Assembly: GCA_040357565.1 (NCBI GenBank)
Contig: JBDODJ010000008.1
Direction: 5' to 3' (one strand)
From: Cercozoa sp. M6MM
Lineage: Eukaryota; Protista; Endomyxa: Ascetosporea
Length of the DNA stretch: 64,000 bases
Positions 1 through 19,876 of the stretch are shown in pieces. Every line of letters begins with the position of its first letter. Positions within the stretch are counted from its first letter, which is position 1. Under the pieces are notes generated by a model that saw only the letters and a list, made by a program, of their open reading frames with translations, had not been told where the DNA came from and ran no database searches. Position numbers and translations under genes: made by a program.

Positions 1-1
1 A

Positions 2-58
<57 letters not shown>

Positions 59-1452
59 TATATGCAATGTGATGGTCAGCACATCGTACCGGAACAAAAG
101 CAAAGTCACTGGCGACAGCTTGGTGAAAATGTATCGTGGCGAAGCAGCATCCTGCAGATGAAAACCCTGGATTTGCACCCCGCAGTCGCTGCACGGACTG
201 TACCTTGCCGACTTGGTGACGGGTACCAAACTGACCAATCGGTTGCAGCAACGGAACGTTGTTGGAGCCAAGAAAATCCTACACACATCTTACGACTCCA
301 CAATGCGGGAATCGCAGCAGACGTACCTGTGCCATCGCAACAATCGCGTTCTGCAAGGCAACTTCACCGTGGTGATAACTTGTGGTTTCAGCGACATGCG
401 CAGCTAGTTGTGCAACCTACAACAACAAAATGTTGGAGCATATATTTGATGAAACTAAGTACTTTAATTTCGCCAGTTTGACCCTTTCGGTGACGTCTTA
501 AACACGCATACAGAATCTTCCGTTGAGACTGTAAACCCACGATACAAAAAGAGAGCACGTAAGCTCACTGGTACTTACCGGCTTCAATCCGTCAAAGACA
601 GACGGAATTGCTCTAAAAACGCAGACATAGGGCAGTATACGTAGATAGTCATGCATCATGAACAAGGTTGAATGCTTACTTACCGAACATTGCTCAAGGC
701 AGAAAACGTGCGCAGTTCACCGTCGACAAAACTACCATAGGACACCTCCTTGTCGGTCGCCTCTACAGCGCATTTCTTAGATGCAGGTGATATACAAGTG
801 ATGTACATATTTGTACATACCCAAAGTGTTGAGCCGCTGGGCAATCGGCAATTCGCTAAATTCTTTTAGCCAGAGCTTTCGCGTGTCAGCATCCTAGAAC
901 CAATTTACAGGAATGCAATAAGTTGCGCAGAGGAAAGGTACGGTATTGAACGCCAAATCAATGCGCTCCAAGTCTTTTTCGTCCTTGAAGCTGCTCAACA
1001 AAAAAAAAAAAACAAATTTGTAGACTCAACGCACTGTTCAAAAAAAAAAACACATGAAGCGGATCCGATGCTTGCCCAGGTCGGAGAAGTAGGCACGAGC
1101 TTCTTCAGCAGTGCTTGTACCGAGGCCCTTATAGTATCTAAAAAAGAAGCACATTATTGAAGTGCATAAAAAGTTAGTTGAGGAAGCTTACTTGATTGTC
1201 CAGTCACGCAAGCGACCGTGTCTTTGAACCACAAAAATATACTTCACCAAGTCGAAAGAAAAAAAAAACAAAACAAAACGTACTCTGGTGATTTTTCCTT
1301 CTGGTTGTCAAACTTGCTGACAAAGTCCTCAAACTCAGCACCCTACAACCTCCAAAGGTAAAACAACAGAATTATGCAATATAATCCCATTTTCACGTAC
1401 CGAATAGAATGAGAGAGTTCGCTCTTGCTTAGATTTGGCTGAGCCTAAACGG

Positions 1453-1510
<58 letters not shown>

Positions 1511-4500
1511 ACACACACACAACACAACACAAACAACACACACACACTCATACACACACATACACACAGACACACGCAGACACAACAAAATGACTACCTT
1601 TTCGTGGGATGGCCTTGACAAGTGGCGTGACGAATTGCTCGACAAACGACCACTGAACAACACGTATGGCGTTCCATAAGTGCAAATAAAGCAACAATAC
1701 CTCACCATCAGAACCTGCCCTGCTCCGAAGGAGACCCGGAAAGTACTTGTGAAGAACGTTGAGCACCAGACCCTAGCGTCCCAAAAGTAACATGAAGTTG
1801 GAGTTAAAGGACACGAGATCCACACCTTGATGTGAGAGCCATCTGCGTCTTGATCGCACATCAGCATCAACCGGCCATATCTCAACGAGTCCGTGGTCGG
1901 TCTGCAGATCTCGCGCGTGCAGACATGCGATTAATAGATCCACAAAAGACAAATTACCGCCCTCGTTTATCGGTTGCACCTGGCGAGTAGTCAACTCCGA
2001 ACTGTTACAGCCCTCGTATATCGGCTTACAGAACCGCGTTACAGGAGAGGAGTGACCAATACCTTCAAACCTAGCGCGTTGATCAGGTCTCGGACCTATG
2101 AACGCACACATTTTTAGGTGGTCAACTATTCACAGTCACTTTACCTCTGCGTTTTGTTCCAGTTTCTTTGCGGTGGCTTTTCTGACATTTAGCACTTTGC
2201 CTCGCTACAAGCAAATGGAACGATCGATGAGAAGCTTAACGGGTACACCAAAAATACCAGAGGCATGATGCCAAAACGTTTTCTTTGTGGTTTCGTCAGT
2301 CCTGACAGGCCGGCAACAGCCAGCGCCTATCCGAACGAAGATATGTCGCAAGTTGTCACAAGAAAAACCGGCACACCTTTGCCGAGTCACCTTCCGTAAG
2401 GATCAACACCGCATTTTTGCCTTTCACTTCAGCATCCTAAACACAAACGAGCTTTTCAGAGGACACTAAGAATTTGTTGTCATTGTATATTTACCTGAAG
2501 TTTTGGGATGTTGATTTTGTTGCGTGGTGCTTTTGTCAACTTCTTCAGTGCTTTTTCCTTTTAAAAAAGGGAGTATGATAGAAAATACGAAAAATTGACA
2601 GAATTCAACGCACCTCTTTTAGTCCTTCGGATCCCATTATCCTCGATACAACGTCCTACAAGCAGACACATCATATTTCGTTTTGTTTCAACAAAGAGAA
2701 TCTTACGGTAGTCTGGATGATGTTTTTCAAGAAGACCTGGGACAGAACGACGTCATCAGTCTCCGTCAGCAAGAAATCCTTGCTGTATGAACCAACGCAT
2801 TTACATAGATGAGCATAAACAATAAGTTTGAACCAACGGACCTTTGCGTATCAAACGATGGATTTGGCACCCAGCCACTCACAAGAATGTGCAAATGACG
2901 CTCGACTGAAACCACGAACGTACTTCGTCCAGTCAAAACTAACGCTCAGCAGTACCTTGCTTTTGAGTGACAGTGACCTTAAAAGTGCTCTTGAGGTGCT
3001 GAATAACGGCATCAGCGACTACAATTAACGCACGGCAGTGGAACTTCCAACAAAGATCGGAATAATTGAGCACCTTGCTTTACAATTGTCTTGACATGTT
3101 TGCCTCCTCTGTGCGTAGCGACACCGTTGACAAAACTACGCAGCCATTAAACGTGAAAATAAACAAAATACCCATGCTAAGCGAAGAGCACCTGTTGTGC
3201 AAGAAATGGCCGTCTTTCGATGCAGCTACGCCAATGCTCCACTTGGACTTGCCACGCAGCGTAGTATCCACCATTTTTCCCGCTTCGACGGCTTCTCGCA
3301 ACTCTAAACAACAATGGATATCTACAAGGAGTAGCCGAATCGACGTACCCTCGCATCGAGCAGCGTAAACAGCGAGTGGCGACGAATCGACCGGAACCGT
3401 GATCTGTTCTCCGTCCAGGAAGACAGCAACCGACGGATGGCAGGCTGCCACGTCGAGAACTCGACGCCGCAACAACGCTCTCATGTCTGCAAGTAGAATT
3501 TTAATCCGTGCAGTGTCTGCACGCAGAAAGAGTACCGTCGTCGTTGTGAAGGTTGCCGAATCGATTCCTGTCTGGCGTGTACGATACTCGCGTCCAGCCT
3601 TCAACATTCGCTTGTTTTCGCGTTGAGACACCCTGATCATAGTCTTTAAGTTATTTTCTTCATACAGTAGAAAGAATGTACCAGCTCGCGGTACAAGTCG
3701 TCCAGCGGATCAAATTTCCTGTATCGTATTAAAAATTATGTTGTGTAACGGTGTTCTACATTACCGAATAAACGTACACTTTCGTAATCACCGGCTCTTC
3801 CTCCTCCGCCATGTTATTTTTCCTGCCGAAACGCGTGCGTGTACATCGGTACGAATAAAGCGCAAGCATAATTACCATGTCTGCTGGAAGAGTAGTTTTC
3901 TCGATCTAAGACAAAATGAACCTTTAACGAGACCCAGAGATACGATATTGAAGCTACCTGTCAAAGCATTCGACCGTAAAGGACGAAGAAAACAAGTTGG
4001 TAAGCTTGGCGCCGTAGCCATGACGACCTCCCACATACCTCTATCAATCAAAATTGCAGTGCACAACAAAACATCCATATCAGAGTGCAAAAAAGAGGCA
4101 CCTCTTCAGTATCGTTGTAGTTACTTGAGGTGAGAAGTCGGCCAAACACAAGTGTCGGAACGTACATCTGAACAGGTTGAGTGACAGTGCAGCATACACA
4201 CACACGCGAACATATACATACCCCTTCTTCTTCGTGTTTCACGACGGGCAATTTCGGGCCATCATTGAGAATCGTGATTTCACCACTGCTCAACGGGTTC
4301 ACAAGCAAATAGAGCGACCATTCAAGCAAAGCCATAGAGACGTACGTGTCGGTATCAAAGTCTACTCTGATGAAGGTCATCTGTTTCTTTCTTCCACTAA
4401 ATATAGCGTATAGATTGGGAAGTGAGCGCGAACAATCTGTGAGCAGAAGAGTACTTTTGCTGAAAATGCGCGCGCGTGGCGTTGTCCGCAGCATTAACCA

Positions 4501-4848
4501 AAATTTCGTCAAAGATCTTAAACTCAGCCGGCACAACGGAGACCTGCTTTCGTCGGATTACACCACTTTCGTCAAGTACCGGTAATTCTAAAAGACACAC
4601 ACGAAATCACGCACCCGCATCTGTGCATGTACGACCGCAGTATAATTTTACCGCTTTCCTGCACAGCGACTGCACCAAGGTACATCTCCGGTCGGTGAAG
4701 TACATGCTCACGTTGCGATAGTCGCTGGTACTGAAGCGCTTCTGAACTGCGAACGAAAAAATTACAACACAAACACAAACTGCACAAAAAAGTACCTAAA
4801 GCGGCGAAATCTGAGAGAGACTGCGCGCCGCATGGAACAGACGCGCAT
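1..4848 (-). CDS. TOP2: DNA topoisomerase II (eukaryotic type IIA), multi-exon; 3' part continues beyond window start; probable mitochondrial presequence
   Basis: Spliced minus-strand exons give YQRLSQREHVLHRPEMYLG, KIFDEILVNAADN, YVPTLVFGRLLTSSNYNDTEE, LILTEGDSAK, RGKVLNVRKA, YGRLMLMCDQDADGSHIK, YYKGLGTSTAEEARAYFSDL and RAIPSVFDGLKP (GHKL ATPase, TOPRIM and start of the breakage-reunion domain). First ATG at 4848 gives MRVCSMRRAVSLRFRRFSS. Confidence 0.95.
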
Positions 4849-5117
4849 TCCTCCGCTTGGATCAACAAACAGTCAACAAGCACACGCGAGCGCAGCTTAC
4901 AGCACTTCAAAAATCACCTTGTCGGGCTGGGTGATTTTAAATTTGTGTTAAATCAATTCAGCATGCGCAGCGTGATCATGAAATATCGATATGGTGTCAT
5001 TTAATAACAGGCCAATGTCCGCGCGGGCGAGAACAAAATAGTAAAATTGTTTCCTCTTGAAACTGTTTAGCCATCGGTTCCAAGGGTTCGTAAACCGTAA
5101 GCTACGGTAAGGTTTAG

Positions 5118-7361
5118 ATGATGGAAATCATGCAGACCCAAAAGCCGAAACTTGTGTTCACGTGCGGAAACGAAGAGGTGTCGCTTGATTCGTATCGAAT
5201 GGTTATTCGCAAGCTGCGTGCAGACTTCGATGTTTCCATGTACCCTTCTCGTCAAGACAGAGTGCTGATCTATGCTTCACCGTGGGTAAATTACTCCTCA
5301 GAGCGAAGGCTGGTGTTCGCGAAAAGAACGCAGCGAGCGCAGCTCTCTTGGTAAGCCTTGCGCCCGTTCGCGTCTTCAACGTCGATGAAGTTGCAAGCTT
5401 ACGGAGTTTTCTGAGGCGAGGCGGCCGTTTGCTTCTCTTCGGCGCTGATGCAAGTTGTTGATTCAGTATCCTACTTGCCGGGTGAGTGCCTTTGTATTTT
5501 ACTAGATTTTTCGTAGCACGAGCTGTGCAACGTGGTGGTTAATAAATTGCTGCAAGACATCAGCGAGCACGGGGCAGTTCCACGTCTCTCTCAGCAGAGT
5601 GTGGTTCGCGCAGCATATGCTCGTGGCCACTACCACCCCAAGGTAGGCTAGGAGCAGTTGTGAGTGAGTGAATTGTACTCACTTATGCCTCCCGATACGT
5701 AGGAGTGCCTTGTCCAAAATGCCCTATGTTTGGCCGACGCAAATGTACGTGTTGGAATGAATGTACTAGTGTGGGTTCTTGCGCGCGCGCGCGCGCGTGT
5801 GTGTGTATATTAGCGTGTGTGTTAGATTTCGCTTGCCGATTCATTTGATACGTGCTTGCAATGGGCAAGACGTCGGCTTAAACGTCTCGCTGTAAGTACC
5901 GTTTGAGCAGACATAATCAGTACATCATGATGGCATTAGCACCTCCAGAGACTGAGCAATACCGGCAACGACTCGGAGCAGATTATGCCTCCGCAAGAAG
6001 ATGCAAAGCAATTGCAGTTGCTGTATCCTTATGGAGTGTCAGTGCAGCTTCCGCGCAACGACAGAAACTGTCTCACAGTGCCTGTGTTGACCTCTGGAAA
6101 GCTGAGCCTGGTACATCACGCTTTCGGCTTCGAGTTAACGTTTCAACGGCTTTCTCAACGGCGGTTTTGTTTCCAGCCTGCACACCAGTGTGTCGCCGCT
6201 ACATGCATTGGTTTCAAGCTACATAGTCTATCGGAATTCGCCCAAGTTGTCTGCGAACACTTTTGATGAATATTACGTGTTGTGCAGAAGGAAAAGGGAG
6301 TGTCACCGTGTGTGGCAGTGTAAGTTGTATGGAAGACGAGTTCGTTGGGCAGCACGACAATCTCGCTTTTGTTTTGGCCCTATTCCTGTGGCTGTTACAA
6401 CACCACGATAGATCTCTTTTCTCGGTATCTTCTGCGCCGCTTGAGATTGTAACAAAAACTGAAAAGACAATGAGCCGTGTTAAAACTATCATGACTTATG
6501 GCCTGTAGTCTCCATTGTGGCAGAAAAGAAACTTGGTCCCAGATGTTGGGTCGCTTAGCGAACGCCTGTATGCGTGTCTTAATGCACCATGCCAAGGTAT
6601 ACGAAGCTGGGGTATTGGCTTCTTCATGCTCAAGTTATTGTCGGTGTTGTTCGCAGTGGACACTTTGCCTTCGATTGGCGTTTTTGATGAATCGCTGTTT
6701 CGGTTCGATTGTACACTTTTGCCGCAGGTAATCGAACATTCAATGGGTTTCTTGTTCATTCAAGTTTTCTTTTACGTTTTATGATAGGTGTTGCGGGCAT
6801 CAAAAAAGCTCGGTATCAAGACAACTGACGAGGTACTACGCTACTGCAACCGCTTGTCATATTAACATCGATTCTGTGCAGTTGACGCTCGTAAAACCTC
6901 GTTTCGAGGCGTCACTGCCGAGGACAAAGCTGGAGCACTTTGCTCCTCTGTTTCCACAACCCCCGCTTCCGTCGCTTCAATTGTTCGACTTAGATGAAGA
7001 AATGTCTGACGCAAAACAGCGCCTCGCCTCCCTTGCATATGTACTACTGTACAAACTAAATTAAAATTCGGCTTGAATTTTCAAAGTGAATCAATCCCTT
7101 TCAACTGTAGAGTTCTGGCGAAGATGTTGACTATTTCGTTACTTCTGCGGCCGACCTCACAGGGCTTTATTCCAATTGGATGTAAACCTTCAATAGAAAT
7201 CAAAAATGCCGATGCAACTTCACCAAATAAAGTTAGTACCCAGATGTGTTTGTTTCAGAGCTGAACGTCCAGAAAACAAAGAAGCTATCATACCAGACAT
7301 GCTCATTTATATGCTGCAGCGCACACTCAAGTGGAAGTCCTTGGACTCGTTGACAGTTTAA
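5118..7361 (+). CDS. IFT52: Intraflagellar transport protein 52 (IFT-B), multi-exon
   Basis: Exons encode LLYPYGVSV, LTSGKLS, VTVCGSVSCMEDEFVGQHDN, VPDVGSLSERLYACL, FDESLFRFD, and LTLVKPRFEASLP...FAPLFPQPPLPSLQLFDLDEEMSDAKQRLASLA, the typical IFT52 proline-rich/C-terminal signature. Stop TAA at 7359-7361. Confidence 0.88.
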
Positions 7362-7381
7362 ATTGTGGTTCGAATGCCCGG

Positions 7382-7457
7382 CCGTACTAGACTGAACTAA
7401 CTAACCGGGCCGAGTGAACCCGGCGATCAAATAGTTAGTTAGTTCAGTCTAGTACGG
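7382..7457. repeat. Perfect 24-bp inverted repeat (hairpin) just downstream of the IFT52 stop
   Basis: CCGTACTAGACTGAACTAACTAAC (7382-7405) is the exact reverse complement of 7434-7457; an inner CCGGG/CCCGG pair is also present. Confidence 0.9.
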
Positions 7458-7803
7458 TAAGAAACCCCCAACATCATTCAGCCCACTGCTGATAAATTTA
7501 CTGTAGCACTCAGTAGTAGGAGAAGGCAGCAACAAAGGATGAGTATTAGCTAGCGCTGGCCGCCGGGGAGGTGCTTTTATCGATATCTGGGTTGATCAGT
7601 TTAAGAGCGCTAGCCTTTTCAGTGCAAGTAACACAACAATTCACACCACTCCTAAACTGGTCCTGATCATTCAGCGCACGCACACGACAGTTGAGTTCGT
7701 GGATTGCTTTGCGGCTGAAGTTGGTTCCACCGCAAACCAGCTGCGTACTTAAATTTACGATAAATTTACCGTAAGTCATCAACCTGCGGTATGGGTTCGC
7801 GGT

Positions 7804-8229
7804 GTTCTGTGACGTAAGTTACTTGCACACCTTTTTGCCGCCCTCTAAGTGTACCGATGCGTAGAAAACTTGGTTAGAGCGCAATCACGGAAATCTTAGA
7901 CCATTCTACTGGAGGGATCGCGCGTTCTGGGTCCAACAATTATCTACAAATTGCGAAGCGAAGCGCTGGACTAACCACCAAGAAGCCTCGGTATTCCGTT
8001 CATGCGCTTCTTGATGTACTAGTCCAATTTTGGCTTCCATTCATGTCGTTGAGCGCGATGGTGCATATATTTTTGAGTAATTGTTGCGTCCATCATGGGT
8101 CCAACGCCAGAACGCGCGATCCCTCCAGTAGAATGCTCTAAGATTTTCGTGATAGCGCTTTAACCAAGTTTTCTACGCATCGGCATCACTTAGAAGGCGG
8201 CAAAGAAGGTGTAACTTCCGTCACAGAAC
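7804..8229. mobile_element. Foldback / MITE-like element (~426 bp) with long imperfect terminal inverted repeats
   Basis: GTTCTGTGACG...TTTTTGCCGCCCTCTAAGTG...CCGATGCGTAGAAAACTTGGTTA...CATTCTACTGGAGGGATCGCGCGTTCTGG (7804-~7930) is mirrored by 8107-8229. Further inner inverted matches: CAACAATTA/TAATTGTTG and CAAGAAGC/GCTTCTTG. No ORF. Confidence 0.8.
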
Positions 8230-8236
8230 GTATACT

Positions 8237-11934
<3,698 letters not shown>

Positions 11935-12420
11935 CTGTCGAAAAAACACTGCATCGATCGCACACAAAGTCGATCTCACTCACACAAAAAAGTCGGTCTC
12001 ACTCGCACACAAATCATACAAACGCGCCTAAGCGGCACTGCACACCCTGGAATATGTATTTGTACCGTCTGGCAGTGCCGCCCAGCGTTTCGTTATGTGG
12101 AAGCGCCCGGTGCTCAGGCTGCACACGGCTTAACGAACACGAGATACGTCTCAGAGTGCTCAGGCTGACGCGGACCCACACACTCGTTCCGTAATCTGTC
12201 ACGATTGACAGCCTAAGATGAGAAAGCGCGTCCTCAGATGGATCCAAAATTTTTGTGTCGTCAGATTTAATCGCCCCAAAAGATTGGCTCTGCTTGCTTT
12301 ACGCAGAGATATTGTAACAGCGATTGCACACAGATATTGGTTCACTATGCGCCAAGACCCTAGGCTGGCGTATTGGAGATGTACGCCACACCGTTTTTAC
12401 GCGAGTTTAAACTGGAAGTT

Positions 12421-12490
12421 CTTGTGACCCACCCCAGACTGGTGCAGGGGAACTACACAGTTGGTTTCCTAGAAGACTCAACTAACTAAC
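12421..12490 (+). repeat. Short dispersed repeat with (ACTA)n tail
   Basis: CTTGTGACCCACCCCAGACTGGTGCAGGG...GGTTTCCTAGAAGACTCAACTAACTAAC; a reverse-complement copy lies at 58606-58659, with partial copies at ~60960-60998 and ~24250-24303. Confidence 0.8.
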
Positions 12491-12629
12491 GTAATTTTAT
12501 TAGTATTTGATTTTCAGCTTCCGTTTTAAACTCGCTGCAAAACCTTGTCGATACACCGACGGTGCGTTCGGTCATCGTTTCACCGTGAAAAAGCGTCAGA
12601 TCGTATCGTGAGAAACCAGTTCAGTACGG

Positions 12630-17525
<4,896 letters not shown>

Positions 17526-17898
17526 CTGTTTGACTGCTCTCCTTAATAGTAATGAACACCTCTGCTCTACCAGATTTCCCTCAAGAGGGCCCTTGCACAA
17601 GCAGAAGATGTGTACAGTACCAGGTGTACCAGGTACTGTACAGTATTATTTTTTTTTTAAATTTATATGAGCACAGAATATCGATACATGATCAATTACA
17701 AACATCATACACCAGACAGGTGCATGATGTACAGTTTTGTATTGATAACAGGTTTGTCCCAATATTCGAATGTCACGCTTGATCGATTCACAAGAAAATC
17801 CCATCGGGCCAGCCGACTGCCACCACGTCAGCCCGTCAAAATTATTATTCCGTGCTTTCTCTGCTGTACAGTGCTGTAGAGGAATAGCTTGAATTAAT

Positions 17899-19672
17899 AT
17901 GCGTGTGGTGTTCTTCTCGGCCAAGCGCTACGATAAGACGTCGTTCGGCGGCCGGACATGCGACCATGAACTGGTTTTTCTCGAGGTAAATTAATTACTG
18001 CAATGTGCCACTTGTACTGCTGTGTATGTGTAAGTGTTTACACCGCAGGCCCGTCTCGAGCAGACAACCGCTTGTTTGGCAGAGCACGCAGACATCGTGT
18101 GTGTTTTTGTAAATGACGTTGTAAATGTGGCCGTCTTGCGCAAGCTTCATGAATATGGCGTACTTTACTTGTTCCCAGCACTTTCCCGGTGCGCGCATTG
18201 TATGCTGTGTAGATCAAGGCAATTGCTCTGCGATGCGCTGGCTACAACAATGTTGATCTTGAAGAAGCTGAAAAGCTCGGAATTCAGGTCATACCTTCTT
18301 CTCTGGTGCTTTTAAATTGTCTTTGCTACTCTTCTGTGTGCCAGTAGGTCGTGCGTGTGCCGCGCTACTCGCCGCATGCCGTTGCCGAGCATGCAGTAAG
18401 TTTACTTCTTACTGCTGTGCGCCGCATGCACCGAGCTGTTGCCCGCGTTCGTGAAGGTATCTCGCACCTGTTTTATATTTTAATGCAAGATGTCGTTGCG
18501 TGCAGGCAATTTTGAGTTGTCCGGCCTGCTTGGGTTCGATATCTTTGGTCGCACTGTCGGCGTACGTTATTTTACACGTACGTGCGGTACTTGTTGCTGC
18601 TGGTCAAATGAGTGATTTGGCTGCAGGTGGTTGGAACGGGTGCCATTGGTGCGTGTTTTGCTAAGATCATGCTAGGCTTTGGGTACTGTTTCTTTCCTTC
18701 CTCTGTATAGTATACCTTAATTTTGCTTAAATTAGCTGCCGCGTCCTGGCGTACGACGTGTACCCGAACGAAGAACTCAAGGGTGTTGGCGTCGAATACG
18801 TGGAGGGGTATTTCGAGTGCCTTTTGTGTATCTGTCTGCCTGGGGCGTCTGTCTGGGCTCTCTGTCCGTGCTTTACGCGTGTCTTTAGTTTCGAGGATCT
18901 GTGCCGCGAGTGTGACATCATCTCATTGCACTGCCCGCTGCTGCCGTCGACGAGTCACCTTGTGCGCAAGGAGACCTTGGAGCTCATGAAGGTACTTCTG
19001 TAGCTTGAGTGCTGAAGTCTAATAAACAGTGATTCACTTTGTACAGGACGGCGTGACCGTTATCAACACATCGCGTGGCGCACTTATTGATACTTGTGAC
19101 ATGATCGAAGCCGTTAAACGTGGCAAAGTGGGTCTGCTGTGCCTTGACGTGCTCGAAGAGGAGGCTGGCGTCTTTTTCGTACTCTCCCTCATTATGAATT
19201 ACAGCAATCGTCTGTGTGCCTCTGTGTATTTATGCCTCTGAGCTTTTGAGTCTGTGTAAGCGTGTTTGTTGTAGGACGATCACTCGGAGGACATCCTTCA
19301 TGTATTCCGTTATTTCGTTATTCCGAGTCTCCGCATCAAGATGTGTCCGCGCTGTGTGCAGGATGACGTTTCGCGGCTCATCACCATGCCTCAAGTCGTA
19401 ACCACCGGTCACCAGGCGTGGTTTACGTCGAATGCCCTCGATCAGGTGTTAAGTGTTTAAGTGAGGGGTTGTCGATATGTACTTATCTTGATAGTGCATT
19501 TTTTTTGCATGCTTAGATTGCGGCTGTTACGTTAAAAAACATAGATGACGTCGCAAATGGCATTGTCAATTATGAGTTGTCTACTTTGCTTGATGTGATT
19601 ATCCGATATTTTCTTTGTGTCACGCACGTAGGAGTCCCATGCAAGAATCGCGTGTTTCAGCAGTACAATTAA
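17899..19672 (+). CDS. NAD-dependent D-lactate dehydrogenase (D-2-hydroxyacid dehydrogenase, LdhA-like), about 12 introns
   Basis: Hand-spliced: [16 protein letters not shown]...ARL...IVCVFVND...[16 protein letters not shown]...[17 protein letters not shown]...[27 protein letters not shown]...DIISLHCPL...[10 protein letters not shown]...LDVLEEE...TGHQAWFT...CKNRV. Confidence 0.92.
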
Positions 19673-19876
19673 CGAACCAGCTCGGAAGTCGCAGCACACG
19701 GTGTATGTAGCACAGATCTCCGAAACTCGAAAGGGGGGTAGCTTTCGCTAGAAATGCATGATGGGCGGAGCGCGTACCTAGTAGATACGACTTGGGCATG
19801 TTTAAACGCTCTAAGTTAGCACACACTTCGAGCAATTTTTTGGGCCAGCTAAGAATCACAAAATTGTTGCGGTGTC

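Noticed and set aside
7366-7385. GGTTCGAATGCCC resembling a tRNA T-arm / B-box
   Set aside because: No cloverleaf or A-box; it lies immediately after the IFT52 stop.
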